Source: Mobula hypostoma (lineage: Eukaryota). Taken from it: DNA of 64,000 bases. The DNA lies in assembly GCF_963921235.1 (NCBI RefSeq), contig NC_086108.1, positions 10,974,001-11,038,000 of the forward strand, read 5' to 3'. Made by a program: the position numbers and the translations under genes. Below the pieces are notes generated by a model. That model saw only the letters and a list, made by a program, of their open reading frames with translations, was not told the origin of the DNA and ran no database searches. Of this stretch, positions 12,950-24,148 are shown piece by piece (the stretch's first letter is position 1; every line of letters starts with the position of its first letter).

Positions 12950-13685
12950 TCTAATCACCAAGCTATCTTTCCATCTAGATATTGTGAACCGGAGTTGTCC
13001 CAGCACTGATCCTTACAGACTAGACACCAATGGTCACAGTCTTCCTGTCAGAGAAGCACCCTCCATGGTAAAACATTGGCTTCAATTATTGAATCAAATT
13101 TATCTCAATTTTACCAGCTCAATGTGGATTCCATAGGACTCAATCTTCTGGGCCTGCCTACCATGATAGACCTTGTCAAATGCTTTATTAAATTCCATGG
13201 AGATAACATCACTGCCTTGCTCTCATCAATCACTTCCTCCTCCTGAAAAACACTCAATCCAATTTGTGAGTCTAGTTCTTCCCCCTCACAAACCCATGTT
13301 GACTATCCCCAATGCATCCAGGCTTTTCTCGATTTGAACAAATCTTGGCCCTTATACCAATCCAGGCTTTGACCCAAAATGTTGAGTTTTTTTTCCTGCT
13401 GCAAATGGTGCCTGACCTTCAGCAGATTGTTTCCTGTAGTTCATCTGCAGTCTATTGTGCCTCCCTAATGTTTCTCAAGACTCCCAACTCCTCCCTTCTT
13501 AATATTAACATGTCCTAGAATATCAGTGCATAGTTCCCTGTCATCACCATCATCCACAATCTCCTCCTAGGTGAATACTGATGGCAAATATTCATGAAGT
13601 ACCTCACCCTCCTCCTCTGCCTACATGAATAGGTTTCCTATTTTGTCCTTCCCTTTCCCTACCTACCATCTTGCTCCTGATATAC
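12950..13685 (-). mobile_element. Degenerate CR1 RT fragments
   Basis: Reverse complement of ACCTTGTCAAATGCTTTATTAAATTCCAT encodes MEFNKAFDKV (RT motif); a QHGFV-like segment lies at about 13290. Confidence 0.6.
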
Positions 13686-13686
13686 G

Positions 13687-14985
13687 TGTCACAAACTCCT
13701 GAAGTATATTGGGGAGATCACAAGCAGAGGAATCAGATATAGATGTGGAATCACCTCTCGTTGACATAGAACATAGAACATTACGTCATTTGATGTTATC
13801 TCGGTGTACTCTCAGAGTACAGGATCCAGATGCAGAGGAGTGACAGTCTTTCTCTGTCACCGAGGTTGCGGGTGTCGACTCAACCCAGGAGGAGCGGGCG
13901 GCAAGCTTTCGACTCTACTCAGTGGCGTAGGAAAGGCAGGGTCCCCAGGAGCAGACGAAAATAAGACATTAGATGTAGGATTGCCAATAGTGTCTGAGCC
14001 ACACCGTGACGCAATTCACAATGACTCCGCTCCTGGGTCGAATCGTGAGCCTGCTGTCTGCAGCTGTTGAGTTGAATTGGCACCAACAAACTCTGTGATA
14101 GAGGAAGCCTACCGTTTCTTCACAACTGGGTCCTGTCCTCTGAGAGCCCCCTGCAGCAGAATGTCTCCACTAAAGCACTAAACAAGAGACTTCTTTAAAT
14201 AATCACAGAATGCAGGAAACACGTAACTTGACAATATTAAACCGAAAGCACAAGGGCTTAACGACTTTAGTTCAGAAAACGATCAGGCGGGTGGAGAAGA
14301 TGGCGGCGCACCTGCGCGTACGCAGCTCTCTGGTAAAAAATGATATCGTATCTGTTAAATAGGGGCCATGGACAATTCTGATTTGATGGAGAATGGAAGT
14401 GAAAGCACAGAGGAACATCTGGAGAAATTTCTGAAACGCTCGTTCGCTGCTGTCATTACTGCGTGGTCGGGAATCTTTCGGAGGGTAGGCCTCAAAATCC
14501 CCAGCCCTGCCTGCTTTTGGTGACCGAGAAGGAGGTCGAATCGTTCAGACAGAGATGGTGCTCAGTACTCAGTGTCGGAGGGCTGATCAGAGCTCCAAGT
14601 TTTTGGATGACTTAGAATCGGGTTGTGGTCGGCATGGCAGGGAGAGTTTTTCTTCCTTCTCCCGTCTGCATGAGATGTGGGACATTTGAGAAACTTTGAA
14701 CTTTACTGTGCTCATGGACTTCTTCATCAAGTTATGGTATTGTTACACTGTTGTAACTATATGTTATAATTATGTGGTTTTGTCAGTTATTTTCAGTCTT
14801 GGTTTGTCCTGTGTTTTGTGATATCACACCGGAGGAAATAATGTATCATTTCTTAATGTATGCATTACTAAATGACAATAAAAGAGGACTATGTGTCTTC
14901 ATAATCTAATTTAAATACAGGTGCTTGAGAAACTTAGAAACTGAACACTCTATGGCAAGTTGCAGAAGCCGCAGGGCTCATGACA
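13687..14985. mobile_element. Possible LTR-like element hosting the insert at 14287-14910
   Basis: Bounded by TGTCAC...ATGACA inverted termini between CR1 fragments; no TSD seen. Confidence 0.3.
14287..14910 (+). mobile_element. Non-autonomous LINE-derived element of the GAGAAGATGGCG family
   Basis: Homologous along its length to 36112-36805(-); ends AATAAAAGAGGACT..CATAATCTAAT. Confidence 0.75.
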
Positions 14986-14989
14986 GGTG

Positions 14990-15385
14990 CTTCTGAACCT
15001 GCACTCACTGGAGTTTCGAAGAATGAGGGGGGAATCTCGTTGAAACCTATCGAATATTGAAAGGCCTTGATAGAATGGATGTGGGGGGGGGGGAGACTAG
15101 GACCAGAGGGCACGGCCTCTGAATTGAAGGATGTACTTTAGAACAGAGATGAGGAGGAATTTCTTCAGCCAGAGGGTGGTGAATCTGTGGAATTCATTGT
15201 TATGGAAGGCTGTGGAGGCCGAGTCATTGGGTGTATTTAATAAGTTTTGATTATTCAGGGTGATGAAGGTTACATGGAGAAGGCAGCAGTATGAGATTGA
15301 GAGGGATAATAAATCGGCCATAACAGAACAGTGAAGCAGACTTCATAAGCCAATTGGCCTACTTCTGCTACTATATCTTACAATG
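14990..15385 (+). mobile_element. CR1 3' end
   Basis: TCACTGGAGTTTCGAAGAATGAGGGGG...AGGAGGAATTTCTTCAGCCAGAGGGTGGTGAATCTGTGGAAT. Confidence 0.8.
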
Positions 15386-15542
15386 TCTTACAGTACAGGC
15401 CCTTTGGCCTACCGTGTTGAGCCAACTTTCTAAGATTATTCTGCCTTCCCCCTTAATAGCCCTCCATTTCTCTATCATCCATGTGCCTATCTAAAAGTTT
15501 CTTAAATGCCCCTGATGTATTTGCCTCTACATATTATACGTC

Positions 15543-16975
15543 CATAAGACCAGAAGGTCATAAGATATTGGAGTAGAATTAGGCCATTTGGCCCATCGTT
15601 TCTGCTTCACCATTTCATCATGGCTGATCCATTTCCCTCTCAGCTCCAATCTCCCTGCCTTCTCCCCATATGTACTGTCCCAGTACTTTCATATTTGTGT
15701 GCTGTAGCACTTACTTTTTATTTGCAGTTATTTTGTAAATATCACTATTCTTTGCATTTCTGGTTAGATGCTAACTACATTTCATTAGCTTTGTATCTGT
15801 ACTCTGCACAATGACAATCAAGTTGTCTAAACTAATGTTCCTTCATGCCCTGACCAATCAAGAATCTATCAACCTCTGACTTAAATATACCCAACAGCCA
15901 CTGTGGCAACAAATTCCACAGATTCACCACTCTCTGGCTAAAAAAATTCCTCCTTATCTCCATTCTAAATGGACACCCCTCTATTGTGAGGCTATTGTTA
16001 TGTACCCCGTAACTGGGTTGCCAAACCAGCAGAAATGGACCACTCATTGGAGTCTGGATTACTAGGAACTAATAAAGTTTTATTAAAGAAATAAGTAACA
16101 CAGTATTCTAGTTGTAAGGATATAAATGCAACAGGTTATCAATGATAAAACACACATGTACACAGAACTAGGGTAATAGGAATCAACCAAGCTCTATCGC
16201 AGTCTAGGGGTAAAATGATCAGTCTTAAGTGACGCGGAGTTCAGTTCGGCTTAGTACAGTTCGTAGTAATCGCTGCTGTGCCATTGGGGGGGGGGCGGGA
16301 TTGCAGTTTGATCCAGGCAGATCTTTGATGTCTTTGCAGTTGGTTTTCGGGCGGACCCTTTTATGTTTTCCATCCCGCTGTGGTCACTGACTGTGACCCC
16401 TCCATTCCGGATACGACCGTTCTTCCGCGGTGAACCCGGCACCCAGGCAAGGGCGGACACACACACCAGGTTCCCACCGATCATACCTTTACACCCTGTG
16501 AGTCTATGGTCGGTTTCCGCGAACCGGACCTCCAAACTTTCACCAACTTGTGGGGCACACCACTCTTCCAGGGTCTTGTTATCTCGTGATCTCGTGTGTC
16601 CCGTGCCTTAGCGAACCTGTTCTTTTTATCCCCCTGATGGGGTATCGCCTGTCCATCAAACTTCGAACAGTTCAGGTTCAAAACAACCGGTCTGTCAATA
16701 TTCTGAATTGTGTTTCTTTCCATTATCTCTCTCTCCTCTTTCATTAACATTTTGAATGTTTCTCCATTGTCTCCCTTATCTCTCTCATTAGCATCAATCG
16801 TCTGATAACTTGGTTTGGCGTCACACTATGTCCTCTAGTCTTCGACTCCCCCAGTATAGAAGATATCCTCTTCACATACACTCTATTGAGGCCTTTTAAC
16901 ATTTGGTGGCTTTCAAAGAGGTTACCCCTCCTTTTTCTGAATTCCAGTGAGCACCGGCTCAGAGCCATCAAGCAT
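15543..16975 (-). mobile_element. CR1 3' end interrupted by a Rex-type tail (about 15673-15835) and a solo LTR
   Basis: Translations MEIRRNFFSQRVVNLWN and SLEFRKRRGNL..KTRGHS flank the LTR. Confidence 0.8.
15996..16825 (-). mobile_element. Solo LTR (Gypsy-like), 830 bp
   Basis: TGTTA...TCACA termini; exact 4-bp TSD CTAT (15992-15995 / 16826-16829); cleanly interrupts a CR1. Confidence 0.88.
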
Positions 16976-18222
16976 CAGTGGCCAACACTCTGATCAACAG
17001 GTTCCCACATCGGACTGTCAGACAGGACCATGTCCTTGTGAAAAGGAGATTAATGAGTGGGTTGTCAATCGTGTTATCCAGGTGAAGAACTGACATTTTA
17101 TGTACACTCGGCCTTATAGAATCAAGACCAATAGCTGGCTACTGATTATGGTTGTGTGTGGAACCAGAATTGTTGCTGCCTCCACAGCCATCTGCTGTTA
17201 ATCTGTGGGGTGTAACATGTACTTTACTGCCTGGTGGGTAGATGATTAGAGTGGAATTTATTTCCAACGCAGGTTCCATCCTGGAGTGTGGCCACAAAGT
17301 GACAGCGAGGATGTAATTAGGTTCCTCTGTCATTAAGACAATGAGCAATGTCTGGGGGATCTGAATCCTGTGCGTGGATTGTGAACGAGCTGGAGAGGCA
17401 TCAGTAACATCCTGGGCCAGGTTAAAGGAAGCAAAGGAATTTATTTTTGTCTCTTCTGTGTTTAGACACCTATAAGCCTGACTGGTTGAGGAGAGCTTTT
17501 CACTGCATGCCTGCTGACTGCGTGAGCATCTTTGTGGGCTAATTTAGGCTGGAAATCATGTGATCAAACACCCTTGAGGGGTTCGCCAATGCTGCAGGCT
17601 CCTTCCACTGGCTTCCTATGCCAGGTTGTACACCCTCACTAATATGGCTCTCAACCCACTGTGGGCTCCGAGGGACCTGCTGACTTTAGCAGACTGCAGC
17701 CTTTCTTGGTTTCTGTGCCCAGCAGGTCTCTTGTGGCTCCAGTCGATGAAATACAGGTTGCTTCCTATAACAAAGGAGGTGAGTGAAGAAAGCAAACAGT
17801 CCGGCGTGGGAACAGTTCAATGCAATAACCCTGACACTGCCCCCCTCAGCTGCCCACCTATTACTGAGACACCAAGTACATGAAAGGCCCTGGATCACCC
17901 CTCCCCTGCTGACCTAATTCCAAAAGAACAGCCCAGGATTGAAACATTCCAACATCAAAACAATTTCTTCTGCCCTACCACTGGTAGGCAGAGGGTCATG
18001 GAGTCACAGAAAACAGGAACAGGCCTTTCAGCCCATCTAGTCCATGGCAAACTATTACTCTGTCTAGTCCCATTAGCTGCCACCTGGACCATAGTCCTCC
18101 ACAACCCTCCCAGGCATGCACTTCTCTTGAGTATTGCAATCAAACCTGCATTCGCCACTTCCACTGTCAGTTTATTCCACACTCTCCTTGTGAAGAAATT
18201 CCCCCTCAGGTCCCAATTAAAT

Positions 18223-18513
18223 GTGTGGTGCGTGGCCAAGTGGTTAGGTCGTTGGTCTAGTGATCTGAGGGTTGTGGGTTTGAGCCTTGGCTGAGGCAGT
18301 GTGTGTGTCCTTGAGCAAGGCACTTAACCACACAATGCTCCAGTCTACCCAGCTGAGAATGGGTACCAGCAAAAATGCTGGGGGTTAACCTCGCGATAGA
18401 CTGGCGTCCTATCAGAGGGGGAGTCTCGTACTCTCAGTCACTTCACGCCACGGAATCCAGCATAAGCTCCGGCCTGATGGACCATAAGGCTCGTGACAGA
18501 CTTAAAAATAAAA
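18223..18513 (+). mobile_element. Full-length tRNA-derived SINE
   Basis: A box TGGCCAAGTGG at 18233-18243; B box GGTTTGAGCC at 18277-18286; A-rich tail; perfect 12-bp TSD TCCCAATTAAAT (18211-18222 / 18514-18525). Confidence 0.92.
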
Positions 18514-18611
18514 TCCCAATTAAATACATCACCTTTCATCCTTATCTCATGACCTTTAGTTCTTGTCTTACCGAACCTCAGTGGAAAAAACCTGCTTGAA
18601 TTTACCCTATC

Positions 18612-19040
18612 ATTATCATCATCATCATCATTACATGCCACGTCATCATCATTCTGTGCCATGCCATATGATATGGGTTATCATGGTCTTTCCACAAGCA
18701 TGATTGATCTTGGCAAATTTTTCCACAGAAATGGTATCCCATTGCCTTCTTCTGGGCAATGTCTTTGCAAGACAGGTGACCCCAGCCATCATCAATACTC
18801 TTCAGAGACTGTCTGCCTGGTGTCTGTGGTCGCATAACCAGGACTTGTGATATTCACTGGCTGCTCATTTGACCATCCACCTCCTGCTCCCATAGCTTCA
18901 CGTGACCCTGATCAGTGGCAGGGGGGGGGGGGGCTAAGCAGGTGCTACACCCTTGCCTAAGGGAGACCCATAGGCTAGCGGAGGGAAGGAGCACCTTACA
19001 CCTCCACCAGGGTAGAGGTGTATCTCCACCCTGTCACCAA
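18612..19040 (-). mobile_element. Non-autonomous retroposon with an (ATG)n tail, RTE-type
   Basis: (CAT)n tail at 18611-18652; inserted in a CR1 with imperfect TSD ACCCTATC/ACCCATC. Confidence 0.6.
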
Positions 19041-19369
19041 ACCCATCTATACTCTTCATCATTTTGTGTACCTCTGTCAAATCTGCCCCCATTCTCAAGG
19101 AGAATGGGATCATTTGGTCATTAAAGGAATGATAATATTTCCTTGGGAAAGCTGTACAACTTGCATAAACAGATTAGGAGTAAGGACATGAGAGACAGCA
19201 GATACTGACATCCAAAGCAACAACAGGATGCCAAGGGAACTCAACAGGTCAGGCTGCACCTGTGGTGGGGAATGGACAGTCAATGTTTTACAAGTTTTCT
19301 AAGCAGCCCTCAAGACATCATTGTGGTTCACCAGCACCATCAAGGAGAAGGTTCAAGCGCCCCAGGACT

Positions 19370-19914
19370 CACACCACCAGGTTCAGGAACAGTTGTTACC
19401 CCTCAACCATCAGGCTCCTGAACCAGTATGGATAACCACTCACCACAATGAGCCTCAGGTCCCACACCACCAGGGTCAGGAACAGTTATTACCCCACAAC
19501 CATCAGGCTCCTGAACCAGTGTGGATAACCACTCACCACAATGAGCCTCAGGTCCCACACCACCAGGTTCAGGAACAGTTATTACCCCACAACCATCAGG
19601 CTCCTGAACCAGTGTGGATAACTTCACTCACCACAATGAGCCTCAGGTCCCACACCACCAGGTTCAGGAACAGTTATTACCCCACAACCATCAGGCTCCT
19701 GAACCAGTGTGGATAACTTCACTCACCACAATGAGCCTCAGGTCCCACACCACCAGGTTCAGGAACAGTTATTACCCCACAACCATCAGGCTCCTGAACC
19801 AGTGTGGATAACTTCACTCACCACAATGAGCCTCAGGTCCCACACCACCAGGTTCAGGAACAGTTATTACCCCTCAACCATCAGGCTCCTGAACCAGCGT
19901 GGATAAATTCACTC
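19370..19914 (+). repeat. Tandem array of six 93/95-bp units derived from a Rex-type LINE ORF end
   Basis: Unit starts at 19370, 19463, 19556, 19651, 19746 and 19841; the unit encodes SLRSHTTRFRNSYYPTTIRLLN; LINE 3' UTR continues to about 20195. Confidence 0.95.
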
Positions 19915-20199
19915 AACTTCACTTGCCCCATTATTGAAATGTTCCCACAACCAATAGATTCACTTTCAAGGATTCTTCACCTCATTTTCTCGATACCTAT
20001 TGCTTATTTATTTATTATTATTATTTCTTCTTTTTGTATTTGCACAATTTGTTGTCTTCTGCACTTTAGTTGACAACCCAAGTTGGATGGTCTTTCATTG
20101 ATTTTATTATTGTTATTATTCTACAGATTTATTGAGTACGCCCACAAGAGAATGAAAAAAGGTTGTAAATGGTGATATATATGTGTTTTGATATTTCCT

Positions 20200-20480
20200 G
20201 AAGGATAGAAGAGATTTGATAAAGGTATACAAAATTATGAGGGGTATAGATAGGGTAAATGAAAGCAGGCTTTTTTTCCATTGAGGTCAGGTGGGACTAC
20301 AACCAGAGGTGATGGGTTAAGAGTGAAAGGTGAAATGTTTTAAGAGATCCTGGGGAGCGGGGGAATGTCTTCACTCAGAGGGTGGTGAGAGTGTGGAACA
20401 TGCCGCCAGTACAAGAGGTGATTGTGGGTTCGATTGCAACATTCAAAAGAAGTTTGGATAGGGACATGGATGGGAGGGAC
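20200..20480 (+). mobile_element. CR1 3' fragment
   Basis: GATTTGATAAAGGTATACAAAATTATGAGGGGTATAGATAGG; TTCACTCAGAGGGTGGTGAGAGTGTGGAA. Confidence 0.8.
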
Positions 20481-20799
20481 AAGGTGTGACAATCCAAACT
20501 GCAAAGCCTACGTGGTTCCAACAGAGTTATATATCCCAGAAACTGACCCCTAATCTGTACTCATCCATGCCGATCGTAGTGCCTACCTGAATTATTCCTA
20601 TTTTCAGATGGATGGCTTCTATCCCTTTAAACTGTTCTGATCCACACTTCGAATGTGAAGACCTACAACTATATACTGGATGGGCTGAAGGGCCTCTATC
20701 CCTGCTGTGTTGTTATATGACTCTACGGCAAAGACATTCAACATCTCTTTGGAACCAGCCACTGCTTGCCCGGGCTTCAAGGCAGCCACCACCATCCCA

Positions 20800-21245
20800 G
20801 AGCTGACCTACCTCAGTGACTAACGTCCAGTGGCAGCGACCTCAATAGTAATGAAATGCTTTGAACGACTGGTTATGGATCTCATTAAATTCCATTGGAC
20901 TCTTTCCAGTTCACTTATCACTGATGTCCGTAATCGCTCCCATTACCCCTCTACCATCAGGCAGAAGATACCGTAGCATTAGGACAAGAATTGTTAAGAT
21001 GAGGAATGGCTTCTTCCTCCAGGCCATGAGCCCTGCCTCCACCGAGATCGCGTGACATATGAAGCGGCAATGGCATTAAACTGTCTACTTTTTACTTGTG
21101 TTGTAAGTGCACCTTATTACTTGCCAATTTATTTGTGGCGATGTTACTTTATGTGCCGCGTATGTGAGTTATATGTGCTGTGTTGTGCACCTTGTTATTT
21201 CGTTTAGTGGCAGGGTTGAATAGCTATAAACTTGAACTTGAAACT
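20800..21245 (+). mobile_element. Rex1/Babar-type LINE fragments with 3' tail
   Basis: Translation PLPSGRRYRSIRTRIVKMRNGFF; tail TAAACTTGAACTTGAA. Confidence 0.7.
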
Positions 21246-21409
21246 GAAATACATGATATCTCACAAAATTAATAGAAAATGGACATTGAGTATTTATATT
21301 TAAAATACAGTGAGAAATATCAGATGATATGAAAACTACCGAGTGGTTGGGGGATGGATTTAAAGTCAAAATACATTTATTATCAAAGTATGTTTATTAT
21401 ATACAAGCT

Positions 21410-22172
21410 CAGAATCAGAATCAGGTTTAATATCATCAGCATATGTCGTGAAATTTGTTGTCTTTGTGGTAGCAGCACAATGCAATACATAATAATAGAA
21501 AAAGTACTGTGAATTACAATAAATATACATATTAAATAGTTAAATTACATAAGTAGTACAAAAACAGAAATAAACAAGTAGAGAGGCAGTGTTCATGGGT
21601 TCAATGTCCATTCAGAAATTGGGTGGAGGAGGGGAACAATCTATTCCTGAATCACTGACTGTGTGTCTTTAGGCTTCTGTACCTTCTTCCTGATGGTGGC
21701 AATGAGAAGAGGGCATGTTCTGAGTGGTGGGGGTGTTTAGTAATGGATGCCGCCTTTTTGAGACATCACTCCTTGAAGATGTCCTGCACATACTACAGAG
21801 GCTAGTGCCCTTGATGGAGCCGACTAAGTTTACAACTCTCTGCAGCTTATTTCAATCTTGTACAGTAGCCCCCTCCCCTCCCACACCCCCCCCCACCACC
21901 CATACCAGACGGTGATGCAGCCAGTTAGAACGCTGTCCACAGTACCTCTGTGGAAACCTGTGAGTGTCTTTGGTGATATATCAAATCTTCTCAAAGTCCA
22001 GATGAAATATAGCCACTGTCATGCCTTCTTTGTAACTGCTTTGATATGCTTGGTGCTGGAGAGATCTTGACACCCAGGAACTTGAAATTGCTCACTCTCT
22101 GCACTTTTGACCCGTCTATGATGACTGGTGTGTCTTCTGTCGGTTTACCCTTTCTGAAGTCTGCAATCAGTC
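21410..22172 (-). mobile_element. Rex1/Babar-type LINE 3' portion
   Basis: (CAGAAT)n tail; homologous to 59015-59720. Confidence 0.75.
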
Positions 22173-23106
22173 CTTGAGATTACAGGCAGCCGCAAAACAA
22201 TAGAACCCATTAAAAAGAAGACTGTCAAATACCCAATAAGTTGAGTAAACCTTGTGGAGCGGTGAGCTGAACCAGCCCATCCCAGGGATTTCATACAATC
22301 CCTGATTTGAACGAAAGCACGGTCATTTTCTTGACTGCAATCACTGTCTCAAGTATATCCCTGTGGAATTACTTCCTACTTCTTACATCACTGGCGTTTG
22401 GGCAGCAATGAAGATCCTCCGTCTCTGGCAGCGTTCAGGGCTTCCTTCATCATGTCAGTAGCTTCCCCTCAGTTTTCACTAAACACAAAATACTCTGCAG
22501 ATGCTGGGGTCAAAGCAACACTCACAACACGCTGGAGGAACTCAGCAGGTTGGGCGGCATCCGTGGAAAAGATCGGTCGATGTTTTGGGCCGGAACCCTT
22601 CGTCAGGTCTGAAGAGAGAAGGGGCAGAGGCCCTGAAAAGAAGGTGAGGGGGAGGGTGGGAAGGAGAAGGCTGGTAGGTTCCATGTGAAAAACCAGTAAG
22701 GGGAAAGATAAAGGGGTGGGGGAGAGGAGGCAGGGAGGTGATAGGCAGGAAAGGTGAAGAAGGAATAGGGGAAAACACAATGGGTAGTAGAAGGAGGCGG
22801 AACCATGAGAGAGGTGATAGGCAGCTGGGAGAGGGGGCAGAGTGAAATAGGGATAGGGGAAGGGACGGGGAGGGAATTACCGGAAGTTGGAGAATTCTAT
22901 GTTCATACCAAGGGGCTGGAGACTACCTGGACGGTATATGAGGTGTTGCTCCTCCAACCTGAGTTTAGCCTCATCACGGCAGTAGAGGAGGCCATGTATG
23001 GACATATCTGAATGGGAATGTGAAGCAGAGTTGAAGTGGGTGGCAACCGGGAGATCCTGTCTGTTGTAGGCAACAGACAGGATCTTTCCATTCCGGGACA
23101 TCTCAA

Positions 23107-23838
23107 ATGCCCTCTTGCTTTAAGGATCTTGGTTTCCCTTCTGCTGTCATCAATGATGCCCTCACCCGCATCTCCTCCATTTCCCGCACTTCAGCCCTCA
23201 ACCCGTCCTCCCACCACCCCAACAGGGACAGAGTTCCCCTTGTCCTCACCTACCACCCCACCAGCCTCCGGATCCAGCACATTATCCTCCGCAACTTCCG
23301 TCACCTTCAACAGGACCCCACCACTAAGCACATCTTTCCCTCTCCAGCCCTCTCCGCTTTCTGGAGGGATCGGTCCCTCCGCAACTCCCTGATCTACATG
23401 TCCCTCTCGACGGATCTCCCACCCGGCACTTATCCCTGTAAGCGCAAGTGCTACACCTGTCCCTACACCTCCTCTCTTGCCACCATTCAGGGCCCCAAAC
23501 AGTCCTTCCAGGTGAGGCAAAACTTCACTTGTGAGTCTGTTGGGGTCATCTATTGCATCCGGTGCTCCCGGTGCAGCCTCCTCTACATCAGTGAAACCCG
23601 ACGCAGATTGGGGGACCGCTTCGTCGAGCACCTCCGCTCCGTCTGCCACAACAGACAGGATCTCCCGGTAGCCACTCACTTCAACTCTGCTTCCCATTCC
23701 CATTCAGATATGTTCATACATGGCCTCCTCTACTGCCATGATGAGGCTAAACTCAGGTTGGAGGAGCAACACCTCATATATCGTCTAGGTAGTCTCCAGC
23801 CCCTTGGTATGAACATAGAATTCTCCAACTTCCGGTAA
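23107..23838 (+). pseudogene. 5'-truncated PLE ORF: RT thumb, Cys-rich linker and GIY-YIG endonuclease (Neptune-like)
   Basis: RVPLVLTYHP, GTYPCKRKCYTC, VIYCIRCSRCSLLYISETRRRLGDRFVEH (YIG changed to YIS), LEEQHLIYRLGSLQPLGMN; open for 243 aa. Confidence 0.88.
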
Positions 23839-24108
23839 TTCCCTCCCCCTCCCCCTCCCTTCCCCTATCCCTATGTCACTCTGCCCCCTCCCCCAGCTGC
23901 CTATCACCTCCCTCATGGTTCCACCTCCTTCTACTACCCATTGTGTTTTCCCCTATTCCTTCTTCACCTTTCCTGCCTGTCACCTCCCTGCCTCCCCCTC
24001 CCCCACCTCTTTATCTTTCTCCTTACTGGTTTTTCACCTGGAACCTACCAACCTTCTCCTTACCACCCTCCCCCCACCTTCTTTATGGGGCCTCTGCCCC
24101 TTACCTCT

Positions 24109-24148
24109 TCAGTCCTGACGAAGGGTTTCGGCCCAAAACGTCGACTGA
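24109..24148 (+). ncRNA. Minimal type I hammerhead ribozyme motif with a G12-to-A core change
   Basis: UCAGUC-CUGACGA-A-GGGU(UUCG)GCCC-AAAA-CGUC-GACUGA; perfect 6-bp stem I. Confidence 0.75.

Larger units (their letters stand above)
17995..19095 (-). mobile_element. CR1 3' end carrying two SINE-like insertions
   Basis: Translation FNWDLRGNFFTRRVWNKL; collinear across both inserts. Confidence 0.75.

Noticed and set aside
18223..18295. tRNA gene
   Set aside because: The A/B boxes belong to a SINE head with a body, tail and TSD; no complete cloverleaf
18900..19040. Possible ribozyme at the 5' end of the (ATG)n-tailed element
   Set aside because: Hairpins are present, but no convincing pseudoknot order or core
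19370..19914. CRISPR-like periodic array (also considered for 3903-5057 and 31064-32250)
   Set aside because: No unique spacers, no cas genes, vertebrate context
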